53,028 nucleotides of DNA from Salinispira sp. (GCA_965226555.1 CBDDDG010000015.1:1-53028), one strand, 5' to 3'; counted from the stretch's first letter, positions 40,781 to 50,484 are shown. A program made the numbers and translations. The notes: a model not told the origin generated them from the letters alone.

Positions 40781-42559
40781 TCATGAATTCTCCAGTTCTG
40801 AATCAATATATATTTTTTCCGATTGAAGTTCACGGAGGGTATCCTGATCACCACGTTGTTCTGCCTGCCTCATGAGTAATTCTACCTCCCTGCGCTTTTC
40901 ACGTAAGCAATCGTTATGTACCCGATTAAAGCTTGAAAAAATGTAGCCTTCCAGATCCTTACCATATTCATTACTTGAAGCCTTTTTTAATATAATATCC
41001 CGAAGAATGGAATTTTCCACTTTCTCCAAATTTTTATTGAATGAGAGGTCTCCTTTTCGGTAATTTTCTTCAATCAATGCATATAGTTTACGAGCTTCTG
41101 CTCCCTTAATCTCACTTTTCTGAAGTTTTGCTCGGAGGATTTCGAAATACTCAGGATGTATTATCAGGGAAACAAAAAACATCAGTTCTGGATTCCTCGT
41201 ATATTGCGAATAAATTCGGGACACATTTTTAGCGCCCGAACTCTTATCGTCAGTGTTCCCGCTGCTCCTGAAGGCGGCAGGTTTCCGAAAATTGCTGAAC
41301 TTTGTAAATACCGCCTGGTCCGAGACAGAAAGTTTCTCAGCAATTACATGAAGACTCATTTCCTGCTTCACCGGCGACTCAATCGCACGGATATAGGGAA
41401 AAACTTCGTCAAGGATTTCATCTTTACCTGAGGGTGTATGAATGTCAAAGATAGTCGCTGCCTCATCTAAAATAAAATTCAGAATTGATATAGGTAATAA
41501 TAGCAAATTTTCCATGGCTTGGGAACCTTTTTTTACTAATATATCTGCAGGATCCTGTCCTGATTCAAGACGAATGATAGTACCATCCAATTCATTTTCT
41601 TCAAAAATTATCGCACTTTTTTTTGCTGCCGCTAATCCTGCATCATCGCCATCGAATACAATGACTCCTTTCTTTGTATATCGATGGAGAAGCTTTGCCT
41701 GTTCAGGGGTGAAAGCTGTGCCTAATGGAGCTACGGCATTCTGACATCCTGCCTGATGAAAAGCAAGCACATCAAAATACCCTTCACAGAGAATAAAGAA
41801 CCCCTTGTTCCGAATGTGCTGACGGGCAATGTCGAGCGCATAAAGATTCTGCCGCTTATGAAATATACCGCTGTCCGAGCTGTTAATGTACTTGGGTCCC
41901 TCACCTTCTAACAATCGGCCGCCAAAACCAACGATCTCTCCCTGGTGCCGGCGTATGGGAAATATGAGGCGGCCGGCGAAAGGACTCCAGCGAGGGTTTT
42001 TTTTACTGAATAATGAAGTTTGAGCAAGGAAATCATCGCTGTACCCTTTATTCTTTAAAAAAGAATGCAGCCAGTAGGCATCTGGATGAGCATAACCAAG
42101 CGAAAACTGCGTAATTGTTTCTTCAGTAAACCCACGATCCTTTATATACGCAAGAGCCTGTTTTCCAATGGGCGATTTGATAAGAAAAAAATGGAATGTT
42201 TCAGTAATTTTCCGATATAGTTCCTCAAGGACTCTGCGAATGTTCACATGATCACTATTGCCGCCCTCGTTGTGGCGAATAGTAACCCCTACTCTATTTC
42301 CAAGATATTCAATGGCCTCAGGGTAGGTAAAGCCCTCAACTTCCATGAGAAACGTGAATACATCGCCTCCTTTTTGTGTACTGAAACAGTAATAAAACTG
42401 CTTTGACGGGGTAACTGTAAATGATGCCGTCTTTTCTGTTTTAAATGGAGAGAGCCCCCAGAAACGATCACCCCGGGGAGTCAGATTAACATAATCGCTA
42501 ATAATATCAACAATGTTAACCTTACTTCTTATTTCTTCAATGATCTCCTCAGATATCAT
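40781..42559 (-). CDS. dnaG: DNA primase
   Basis: GFGGR, PKYINS and TOPRIM motifs EGYFDV / FDGDDAG; upstream of rpoD. Confidence 0.97.
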   Translation of the reverse strand: MISEEIIEEIRSKVNIVDIISDYVNLTPRGDRFWGLSPFKTEKTASFTVTPSKQFYYCFSTQKGGDVFTFLMEVEGFTYPEAIEYLGNRVGVTIRHNEGGNSDHVNIRRVLEELYRKITETFHFFLIKSPIGKQALAYIKDRGFTEETITQFSLGYAHPDAYWLHSFLKNKGYSDDFLAQTSLFSKKNPRWSPFAGRLIFPIRRHQGEIVGFGGRLLEGEGPKYINSSDSGIFHKRQNLYALDIARQHIRNKGFFILCEGYFDVLAFHQAGCQNAVAPLGTAFTPEQAKLLHRYTKKGVIVFDGDDAGLAAAKKSAIIFEENELDGTIIRLESGQDPADILVKKGSQAMENLLLLPISILNFILDEAATIFDIHTPSGKDEILDEVFPYIRAIESPVKQEMSLHVIAEKLSVSDQAVFTKFSNFRKPAAFRSSGNTDDKSSGAKNVSRIYSQYTRNPELMFFVSLIIHPEYFEILRAKLQKSEIKGAEARKLYALIEENYRKGDLSFNKNLEKVENSILRDIILKKASSNEYGKDLEGYIFSSFNRVHNDCLREKRREVELLMRQAEQRGDQDTLRELQSEKIYIDSELENS

Positions 42560-42569
42560 AGATAATTGC

Positions 42570-43592
42570 CTAATTGAGTTTTACAAAGTAGGCTTCAGAA
42601 GCGAGGAGATGCTGACGGTAATCTTCGGAAAATACATGACGGGCAGCATTCGGGTTTTCGAGGACAAAGTAAAGATAATTGCTTGTTGCCGGATAAAATG
42701 CAGCAGAGAGTGATACGAAACCAACTCCCGATATCGGTGTTGGGGGAAGTCCTGCATGATAATAGGTATTAAAGTCGGATTCACGCTCCAGATCGGCAAA
42801 GAATATCCGTTCAGGGTGTTCAAGACCTTCAATTTCAGTCATAACATATACAATGGTTGCGCAGGACTCAAGACGTATGTTTTGTTCCAGGCGATTATAA
42901 AATACTGAAGCAATAAGCGGGGCTTCTTCTTCCGAACGGTATTCCCGTTCAACTATTGAGGCCATGGTAACAATTTTGTGGAGTTCCTGTTTGCTCAATG
43001 AGGTGTATTCCTCGTATACTTCACCAATTTTTTCAAAAAACAATGTAATCATATGCTCAACAATTTTTTCTGCCGGAAAATCTTCTGAAAAGTAATAGGT
43101 GTCGGGAAAAAGATATCCCTCTGCTGTTTCAGCGGGAATACCCATGCGCCTGATCAGATCTGTATTCATAGCCGCTGCTTTAAATGCTTCCGCAGACACC
43201 AATCCGGAAGTTTCAAAAATATCTGCGACCTGCCGTATGGTTTTTCCTTCAGGAATGGTAACCCGCAGGAGATTCTGCTGCCCTGAACTTAAAAAATTCA
43301 CTATTTCTACTGCTGAGAGCTTACGGGGTATAACATAGGTACCCTTTTGAATACCTGAGTCCCATCCCCGCGCCCGCGCATATATCTGCAGAATAAATGC
43401 TGAAGGAATTATTCCTCCTTGTTCAAGACGGAGCGCGACATTACGAAAACTCTCGCCATTCGAAATAATAAATTCATGGGAATCATCATAGTCGGTAATT
43501 GATCTGTATAAGTATCTATGAGTATTGACAGATATGACGAGAATTACTGCCAACAGTGCAATAAGAACGTAATAGATAAAAAATCGTCTCAA
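42570..43592 (-). CDS. mltG: Endolytic transglycosylase MltG
   Basis: VTIPEG, EGYLFPDTY, ASIVERE, IASVFYNRL and NTY...GLPPTPI motifs; TTG start after GGAGGG. Confidence 0.95.
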   Translation of the reverse strand: MRRFFIYYVLIALLAVILVISVNTHRYLYRSITDYDDSHEFIISNGESFRNVALRLEQGGIIPSAFILQIYARARGWDSGIQKGTYVIPRKLSAVEIVNFLSSGQQNLLRVTIPEGKTIRQVADIFETSGLVSAEAFKAAAMNTDLIRRMGIPAETAEGYLFPDTYYFSEDFPAEKIVEHMITLFFEKIGEVYEEYTSLSKQELHKIVTMASIVEREYRSEEEAPLIASVFYNRLEQNIRLESCATIVYVMTEIEGLEHPERIFFADLERESDFNTYYHAGLPPTPISGVGFVSLSAAFYPATSNYLYFVLENPNAARHVFSEDYRQHLLASEAYFVKLN

Positions 43593-43635
43593 ACTACCCC
43601 TCCCTCAGAGGTATTTCATTATGGATCATGGGATA

Positions 43636-44607
43636 TTAGAGCTCAATAAGCATACCCTCTCGTGCAATTTCAATTTTCAGTTCGTTTTCATTCTGAATGT
43701 GAGCATGGGAGCGCGCGCTGTGTAAATTTTTAAATAGATGCTTATCGCTGCATTGAGGATCATGATGGAAAAGAATGAGTTTCTTAATGCCCCAGTTCAT
43801 GGCAAAATTCACTCCCATAATATAACTTGAGTGCCCCCAATCATGTTTTTCTATGGATTCTCCCAGAGAGTACATAGAATCTAATATAATAACATCGGCA
43901 TTTTTAAAGAAGGCAATGTTTTCTTCCGTCGCTTCAAGATCAATTTTACTTATTCCGAAGTCGGTCGCATAGATAATACTTTTACCGGCTTCCGTTACCT
44001 TATAGGCATAGGCCCGTCCGGGATGGGTAATTTCCTTCCAGTAAATTGTTGCATCCGAGAAAGGAAATGTTCTTTCTCCTAATGATCCGGATGAAAGGAT
44101 ATGAAAATGCTGATTTTTCGTCATTACATCTTCCATTTTTACCGGAAAATATGGATGAATCATATGATTCTGAAGATATTCCTTAAGTCGGGGTTCAGGA
44201 CTATAGAAATGCAATTCATTCTCCAGATTATATGCCGGTTCGAAAAACGGCAAACCCTGAACATGATCGTAGTGGAAATGTGAAAAAAAAATATGATATG
44301 CGCTCTGCTCAGGGTCCTCACTGCTAAGATATCGGGACAGGGGAATAATACCGGTACCGGCATCGAAAATAATGAGGCTATTATCCGAAAGCCGTAATTC
44401 CAGACATGCTGTATTTCCTCCAAGAATTCCTACCAGCCAATCGGGAAGCACACTGAGAAAACGCTCCCGATCTTCAGTACTTGCAATGTCGGAGGGACGG
44501 ATTCGCTGTACTATGCTCTTTATTCGGGTTTCAAAAAATTCCGGTGTAATAGGTTGCGGATACGAACCCTGCGCTCCCCAGATTTTTATGTGCATGTATT
44601 TCCCCAC
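43636..44607 (-). CDS. MBL-fold metallo-hydrolase
   Basis: GGNTAC, DAGTG, SHFHYDHVQGLPFF, HPG, YATD, WGHS and FHHDP motifs. Confidence 0.9.
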   Translation of the reverse strand: MGKYMHIKIWGAQGSYPQPITPEFFETRIKSIVQRIRPSDIASTEDRERFLSVLPDWLVGILGGNTACLELRLSDNSLIIFDAGTGIIPLSRYLSSEDPEQSAYHIFFSHFHYDHVQGLPFFEPAYNLENELHFYSPEPRLKEYLQNHMIHPYFPVKMEDVMTKNQHFHILSSGSLGERTFPFSDATIYWKEITHPGRAYAYKVTEAGKSIIYATDFGISKIDLEATEENIAFFKNADVIILDSMYSLGESIEKHDWGHSSYIMGVNFAMNWGIKKLILFHHDPQCSDKHLFKNLHSARSHAHIQNENELKIEIAREGMLIEL

Positions 44608-44628
44608 GGAAGCGAATTATTCTTCTAT

Positions 44629-44660
44629 ATTCAATATATATCAGATTCAATATATATCAG
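44629..44660. repeat. Perfect 16-bp tandem duplication abutting a palindromic element
   Basis: ATTCAATATATATCAG x2. Confidence 0.85.
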
Positions 44661-44718
44661 AAAGTTTTGCCTCAGGCAAAACTTTGTTGAGGCAAAACTT
44701 TATCAATGCAAAAGTTTC
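44660..44718 (+). repeat. Variant palindromic element (same termini, different core)
   Basis: GAAAGTTTTGCCTCAGGCAAAACTTTGTTGAGGCAAAACTTTATCAATGCAAAAGTTTC. Confidence 0.75.
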
Positions 44719-44779
44719 TATCATTTTTGTTGAAGGCGCAGACAACAGTGAAGTCTGAATGCCATTCAGTGGAAATTAA

Positions 44780-44861
44780 TGGGGAGTGCAAGATTCGAAC
44801 TTGCGAAGGCTAAGCCAACAGATTTACAGTCTGCCCCCTTTGACCGCTCGGGAAACTCCCC
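44780..44861 (-). tRNA. tRNA-Tyr(GTA)
   Basis: GGGGAGTTTCCCGAGCGGTCAAAGGGGGCAGACT-GTA-AATCTG...GTTCGAATC...ACTCCCCA; long variable arm; CCA not encoded. Confidence 0.97.
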
Positions 44862-44864
44862 CAG

Positions 44865-44938
44865 AGCCGACTGTCGGATTCGAACCGACGACCCCGAGAT
44901 TACAAGTCACGTGCTCTGGCCAGCTGAGCTAAGTCGGC
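44865..44938 (-). tRNA. tRNA-Thr(TGT)
   Basis: GCCGACTTAGCTCAGCTGGCCAGAGCACGTGACT-TGT-AATCTCGGGGTCGTCGGTTCGAATCCGACAGTCGGCT. Confidence 0.97.
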
Positions 44939-44954
44939 ACATGTAATGGAGGGT

Positions 44955-44983
44955 ATAATAGAAGTATATTGTATTTATGTCAA
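44955..44983 (-). promoter_or_regulatory. Sigma70 promoter of the tRNA-Thr/Tyr pair
   Basis: Minus strand TTGACA-17 nt-TATTAT, 17 nt upstream of tRNA-Thr. Confidence 0.8.
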
Positions 44984-45036
44984 CCATTTCAAAACTTTTA
45001 ATGCGAATTCAACCATAAATGCACAATTTTCCTATA

Positions 45037-45081
45037 GAAAGTTTTGCCACAGGCAAAATTTTTGCTTTATGTAAAAGTTTC
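45037..45081 (+). repeat. Short variant palindromic element upstream of fusA
   Basis: GAAAGTTTTGCCACAGGCAAAATTTTTGCTTTATGTAAAAGTTTC, flanked by TA on both sides; a half-core GCACAATTTTCC lies at 45021-45032. Confidence 0.7.
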
Positions 45082-45105
45082 TATTCGATATAATGAAAAT
45101 TCATT

Positions 45106-47124
45106 ATGAAAGAAATACGAAATATAGGAATAATGGCTCATATTGATGCGGGTAAGACCACCAGTACTGAAAGAATACTCTTTTATACCGGAAAAAGCCA
45201 CCGTATTGGAGAAGTTGATGAAGGTTCCGCTGCAATGGATTGGATGGTTCAGGAACAAAACAGAGGAATAACTATTTCATCGGCGGCAACAACCTGTTTC
45301 TGGAAAGATTTTCAGATTAATATCATTGATACTCCCGGGCATGTGGATTTTACCGCCGAAGTGGAACGATCGCTCAGAGTACTCGATGGGGCAGTAGCCA
45401 TATTTTGCGCCGTTGGCGGAGTAGAACCGCAGAGTGAGACTGTGTGGCATCAGGCCGATAATTACCGCGTTGCGCGTATTGCGCACATCAATAAAATGGA
45501 CAGAACCGGAGCAAATTTTTACCGTGTGCTTGATGAAATGCAGGAAAAACTTCACTGCGAACCTGTCGCCATACAAATTCCGATTGGCGCGGAGACAGAA
45601 TTTGAAGCAGTCATCGATCTCATTACCATGAAAGAAATCCATTTTACCGGAGAGGACGGACAAATAGTTCAGGAACGGAACATCCGCGATGAACTGGACG
45701 ATACTGCCCGGCAATGGCGGGAAACTCTTCTGGACAATATGAGCCATTTTTCCGATGAACTGACAGAATGTTTTCTTGATGAAAAGGAGATACCGCCATC
45801 ACTCCTGCAAGAAGTCATTCGAAAACAGACAATTGCCGGAACCATTGTTCCGGTGAGCTGCGGAGCTTCTCTTCGAAACATTGGTATTCAGCCATTGCTC
45901 GATAACATTTGTTTGTACCTCCCCGCTCCCGATGAACTTGCGCCAATTCAGGGATACTCCGGAAAAAAGGAGCAGGCAGTTGAGGTTACGCGTTCTCAAG
46001 CTGGACCTCCCCTTGGCCTCATATTCAAAATTCAACATGATCCCAATGCGGGCGCCCTCTGTTTTTTCAGGGCCTATTCCGGTCATTTTCAGCACGCTAA
46101 GGCTGTATTCAATGTCAATAAGGGTAAACGGGAACGCATTACCCGCCTGTATCGTATGCATGCAAATGATATGGAAGCAATTGACACAATTTTTGCCGGC
46201 GATATTGGTGTTATTGTTGGTTTTAAGGAAACACAAACAGGCGATACTATTGGAAGTGAAGGAGTTCAAATACTGCTTGAGCAGATTCACTTTCCTGATC
46301 CGGTCATTGCCGCGGCCATTGAACCGCAGACCCTCAGCAACAGAGAACAACTTAAGGAAATTCTCCAGCTCCTCTCACGGGAAGATCCGACCTTTTTCTG
46401 GCAGGAGGATGGAGATACCGGAGAATTGATCATCCGCGGTATGGGTGAGCTGCATCTTGATGTTATGGCGACCAGAATAAAAAACGATTATAAAATTCCC
46501 GCGCGAATGGGAAAGCCTCAGGTAAGTTACCGTGAGAGCATTACACAGTCATCGCGCAGCACTGAAAAATTTTCACGGCTCATAGCAGGAAAGGAACAAA
46601 CTGCTGAGGTAACAGTGGAGCTGAGCCCTGTTCACCGGGGTGGAAACAATGTGAGCTCTGCGCTTGCGCCCGGAACCCTTCCCCCTGAATTCGAAAAGGT
46701 GGCAGTAGAGGGGCTTGAAGCGCGCCTTGGCGGAGGAATTCGCTTTGGTTATCCCTGTATTGATATTAACGCGCGGCTCACAGCTGCTCAGTATGATCCC
46801 GAAACATCAACAGCCTTTGCCTTTACGGCTGCGGCAGCGGCAGCTTTTGACAGGGCATGTCTGGAAGCTTCCCCGATAATTCTGGAACCGGTAATGAAAA
46901 TTGATATTACCTGTCCTAAGGAGTTCATTGGAGATGTTGTTTCCAGCATTACCATGAGGGGGGGAATTGTTCAGGAAATTGTGAGTCGGCACGGCAGTGA
47001 ACAGGTACATACACAGGCACCCCTGGCCGATATGTTTGGTTATTCTACATCTCTGAGGAGCCTGACACAGGGACGGGGAAGCTTTGCCATGGAATTTAGT
47101 CATTTTCAGGAAAAACAAAAATAA
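45106..47124 (+). CDS. fusA: Elongation factor G (stand-alone paralog, probably spirochaete EF-G2 type)
   Basis: [33 protein letters not shown] and MFGYST.LRS.TQGR motifs; not in an rpsL-rpsG operon. Confidence 0.93.
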   Translation: MKEIRNIGIMAHIDAGKTTSTERILFYTGKSHRIGEVDEGSAAMDWMVQEQNRGITISSAATTCFWKDFQINIIDTPGHVDFTAEVERSLRVLDGAVAIFCAVGGVEPQSETVWHQADNYRVARIAHINKMDRTGANFYRVLDEMQEKLHCEPVAIQIPIGAETEFEAVIDLITMKEIHFTGEDGQIVQERNIRDELDDTARQWRETLLDNMSHFSDELTECFLDEKEIPPSLLQEVIRKQTIAGTIVPVSCGASLRNIGIQPLLDNICLYLPAPDELAPIQGYSGKKEQAVEVTRSQAGPPLGLIFKIQHDPNAGALCFFRAYSGHFQHAKAVFNVNKGKRERITRLYRMHANDMEAIDTIFAGDIGVIVGFKETQTGDTIGSEGVQILLEQIHFPDPVIAAAIEPQTLSNREQLKEILQLLSREDPTFFWQEDGDTGELIIRGMGELHLDVMATRIKNDYKIPARMGKPQVSYRESITQSSRSTEKFSRLIAGKEQTAEVTVELSPVHRGGNNVSSALAPGTLPPEFEKVAVEGLEARLGGGIRFGYPCIDINARLTAAQYDPETSTAFAFTAAAAAAFDRACLEASPIILEPVMKIDITCPKEFIGDVVSSITMRGGIVQEIVSRHGSEQVHTQAPLADMFGYSTSLRSLTQGRGSFAMEFSHFQEKQK

Positions 47125-47140
47125 CAGAAGAAAGTTTCGC

Positions 47141-48028
47141 TTAGTAAAATAGTTCGGGGTTAACTGAGGTATAGGAATTGATAAAATTTTCCCGAATTTT
47201 TGGGTAGATATTCCTGATCGGCACAAGTATTGCCGACTCCTCAGAATTTCCAAAGGCATGGTTTCGCGCCGTTCCGAAAAACTGCAGATGTTCTGAAAGT
47301 TTTGCATAGGTCAGAATAAGGGGGGGAATGTATGTTTTCGAGGCCGCAGCCAGACGAATTAAGCGTGAAAGATCTTCACGGAATGAACTTCCCTTTTGCC
47401 AGTTACCATTACGCTCAATTTGGTACGGCGGCCGCGGCCGAACAAGCTTTTCATCACCCTGACGCCAACTCTTGAACAGGCCGCATATGGCATCCCGAAT
47501 TCCTTCGGGAAGCCGGGAATGCATCGTGAATTTTCCGAAGAAATACCTGGTTTCAGGATATTCATGCACCAGCGCGCCGAGACCTGCCCAGATGGCAAAT
47601 AAGCCGCGGTTTCGCCTTTTCGATGAGCGGTTTACGACGGAGCGTCCTAATTCAATTATCAGGGGAAGGTAATTGGATACAAAATCTGGTGAAAATTCGA
47701 AGAATTCGGCGCTTGCGAGCTGCATGTGATACTTCTTCGGATTAACCCAATTTCCGCATATAAAACGGTACACAGCAACTATTTCATACGATTTCGGATC
47801 CCAAGCGACAAGCTGACGATATGCCGGCGAATGAGTATCGAAACTATCAATATCGGAATTTTTTCCGGTTCCCCCGCCCTCCCGTTGAAATTCCTGTTCA
47901 CGGATTTTACCAATTGCTTCCATTACCAGCGGGGCATTGCCCGCGTCAATAAGATGTATGTTGAGATCGGCGCATGCGGTAACAAAGTTTTTCGGGGTAA
48001 ATAACTGTTCCAAGGGGCAACTCGTCAA
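47141..48028 (-). CDS. GNAT-family acyltransferase (OlsB/hemolysin-like)
   Basis: IG..RE..F...GGGTG...DID.FD....YRQLV.WD, ELGRS.V, LW.GL-like and IPPLI..Y motifs. Confidence 0.85.
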   Translation of the reverse strand: MTSCPLEQLFTPKNFVTACADLNIHLIDAGNAPLVMEAIGKIREQEFQREGGGTGKNSDIDSFDTHSPAYRQLVAWDPKSYEIVAVYRFICGNWVNPKKYHMQLASAEFFEFSPDFVSNYLPLIIELGRSVVNRSSKRRNRGLFAIWAGLGALVHEYPETRYFFGKFTMHSRLPEGIRDAICGLFKSWRQGDEKLVRPRPPYQIERNGNWQKGSSFREDLSRLIRLAAASKTYIPPLILTYAKLSEHLQFFGTARNHAFGNSEESAILVPIRNIYPKIRENFINSYTSVNPELFY

Positions 48029-50409
48029 TAGGCAATAATCTCCTTATACCATGATGGATAATTCGGTTGATCCCCGCTATCATCACCAACAACCGCATTC
48101 GCATCCAAACCGGAATCTAAAAACATATTGGTGACCTTTACGGTATATTTGTTCTCTACCTTCGTCCAATGGTCCTTCCACGTCTCAAGATTGCCGGTAA
48201 ATGCGCTTGCTCCATAGAACATGGATCTCATATCCGTTACCAAACTGACATCCCAACCGGAAATGTTGCCATTGAATGCGTCTGTGTCATAGAACATCGT
48301 CGACATATTCGTTACCTTACTGACATCCCAGCCATTAAGATTCCGATTGAATGCGCCTGTGCTAGCAAACATCCACGACATATTCGTTACCGAGCCGACA
48401 TTCCAACCCGAGATATTGCCATTGAATATGCTTGCGCCATAGAACATGGAGCTCATATCCGTTACCGCGCTGACAGTCCAGCTTGAGATATTGCCAGTGA
48501 ATACTCTTGCGTCTTGGAACATCTTCGACATATCCGTTACCTTACTGACATCCCAGCCATTCAGATCACGATTGAATGCGCCTGTGCTAGCGAACATATA
48601 GGACATATTTGTTACCGAGCCGACATCCCAACCGGAAATGTTGCCATTGAATGCGCTTGCGCCATAGAACATGGAGCTCATATCCGTTACCGCGCTGACA
48701 GTCCAGCTATTAAGATCATGATTGAATGCGGTTGCGGTGTTGAACATCCCCGACATATCTGTTACCGCGCTGACAGTCCAGCTATCAAGATCCTGATTGA
48801 ATGCGATTGCTTCATAGAACATCCTCGACATATCCGTTACCGCGCTGACATTCCAACCCGAGATATTTCCATTGAATGCGTCTGTGTCATAGAACATCGT
48901 CGACATATCTGTTACTGCGCTGACATTCCAACCCGAGATATCGCCATTGAATGCGCGTGCGCTACTGAACATTTCCGACATATCCGTTACTGCCGTGGTA
49001 AGAATGTAGTTGAGGTCGGCAGTTTGTCCCCAGTTTGATATTCCATTAGTTACCGCTGTTTTCAGTGCACACTTACCACCATCATCAGTCTTCGTAGAAT
49101 CATCATCAGTATCAACATCACCATCACAATCAGTATCAAGACTACCAGCAGTTCCAGTTATAGGTTGAGGACTCAGGGTAACAAAGAACTTTTCGGGATC
49201 AAACAGTTCGCTTCCTCCGTCTGTGCCCGATACCGTATATGTTCCGGGACTTGTGCTTGCGGTAACCGTAATAATTCCGGTAGCCGCATCAATTGTCGGC
49301 AAGACGACCGTTGATGCCGGGGAAGTAACCGGAACCACAGTAATGTTTGGGTTACTCGCATTGGCAATTGCGTTGTCAACCGCAGTCGAAAGAATGACAA
49401 AGACCTCCGTACCCTCCGGCACCTGTTTCGCAACAAGCGGGAATGTTTTCACTGCGGATTCTGACCACGGACCCCTGCCCTGCGCGTTGATGGCGCGTAC
49501 CTGTACAGTGTAGAGGCTGCCAATTTCCAGTTGCATAATGGTAGAGGTATTGATTATGTTGCTAATCTGCGGCTGCTCCGGCAGGGGTGAGTTGTTTAGT
49601 GCGTAGCGCAGCTCATAGCCGGTAATGTCGCTGCCGCCGGTGTTGGTCGGAGCGGCCCATGAAATGCGAAGTTGCTCATTTTCCATGGTAAGGCTTGGCA
49701 GTCCGGGAGCATGGGGAACGGCAGCAGGGCTTGCTAATGCGCTGTCCGACCAGCCGCCTGCGCCCTGCGCGTTGATGGCGCGTACCTGTACTTCATAACT
49801 GGTGCCGTTGCTCAGGCCGGAGATGATGGCCTTTGTGGCTGGCGCGGCGACTTCAATAGGAGGATCCGACCATGTGGTTCCGCCGTCTGAGCTATATTGC
49901 AGCTCATAGCCGGTAATGGCACTGCCGCCGGTGTTGGTCGGCGCTGCCCATGTCGCAATGAGTTGATCATCTCCCGGTTCAAGAGTTGGCAAGTCGGGAG
50001 CATGGGGAACGGCAAGAGGGGTTGCTAATGCGCTGTCCGTCCAGCTGCCAGTGCCAGCGATGTTCCGTGCACGTACCTGTACTTCATAACTGGTGCCGTT
50101 GATCAGGCCGGTGATGATGGTCTTTGCGGCGGGTGCGGAGACTTCAATAGGAGGATCCGACCATGTGGTTCCGCCGTCTGAGCTATATTGTCTATATTGC
50201 AGCTCATAGCCGGTAATTTCGCTGCCGCCGTTGTTTGTTGGCGAAGTCCATGTCGCAATGAGTTGCTCATCTCCCGGTTCAAGAGTTGGAGCATCCATTG
50301 TGCCCGGCGGGGTTGGTTCGGGTTCCGGCATCGGACATCCCGTCATCAATACAATAAAAATTGAGCAGAAAATAAAAAGGGTTACCCCCCCTCTAAATTT
50401 GATTCTCAT
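48025..50409 (-). CDS. Surface lipoprotein: 3 FN3 domains + BspA-type (DUF285) repeats x11
   Basis: AGGAG RBS before ATG 50409; lipobox LMTG-C(PMP); three FN3 units; eleven VT(D/N)MS.MF....FN..(I/L)..W.V repeats. Confidence 0.9.
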   Translation of the reverse strand: MRIKFRGGVTLFIFCSIFIVLMTGCPMPEPEPTPPGTMDAPTLEPGDEQLIATWTSPTNNGGSEITGYELQYRQYSSDGGTTWSDPPIEVSAPAAKTIITGLINGTSYEVQVRARNIAGTGSWTDSALATPLAVPHAPDLPTLEPGDDQLIATWAAPTNTGGSAITGYELQYSSDGGTTWSDPPIEVAAPATKAIISGLSNGTSYEVQVRAINAQGAGGWSDSALASPAAVPHAPGLPSLTMENEQLRISWAAPTNTGGSDITGYELRYALNNSPLPEQPQISNIINTSTIMQLEIGSLYTVQVRAINAQGRGPWSESAVKTFPLVAKQVPEGTEVFVILSTAVDNAIANASNPNITVVPVTSPASTVVLPTIDAATGIITVTASTSPGTYTVSGTDGGSELFDPEKFFVTLSPQPITGTAGSLDTDCDGDVDTDDDSTKTDDGGKCALKTAVTNGISNWGQTADLNYILTTAVTDMSEMFSSARAFNGDISGWNVSAVTDMSTMFYDTDAFNGNISGWNVSAVTDMSRMFYEAIAFNQDLDSWTVSAVTDMSGMFNTATAFNHDLNSWTVSAVTDMSSMFYGASAFNGNISGWDVGSVTNMSYMFASTGAFNRDLNGWDVSKVTDMSKMFQDARVFTGNISSWTVSAVTDMSSMFYGASIFNGNISGWNVGSVTNMSWMFASTGAFNRNLNGWDVSKVTNMSTMFYDTDAFNGNISGWDVSLVTDMRSMFYGASAFTGNLETWKDHWTKVENKYTVKVTNMFLDSGLDANAVVGDDSGDQPNYPSWYKEIIAY
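48175..48993 (-). repeat. 75-bp coding tandem repeats (DUF285/BspA) x11
   Basis: Plus-strand units recur with 75-nt period (cattgaatgcg...gaacat...catatccgttacc). Confidence 0.92.
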
Positions 50410-50484
50410 AGTTGAACTCCTTTGGTAGAACTCTGATACACATTCATGATCCGCAATTATCAACACACCACAAAATTCCTGACT

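Noticed and set aside
44780..44938. tRNAs as an integration site for a genomic island
   Set aside because: No integrase and no duplicated tRNA 3' end were seen in the window.
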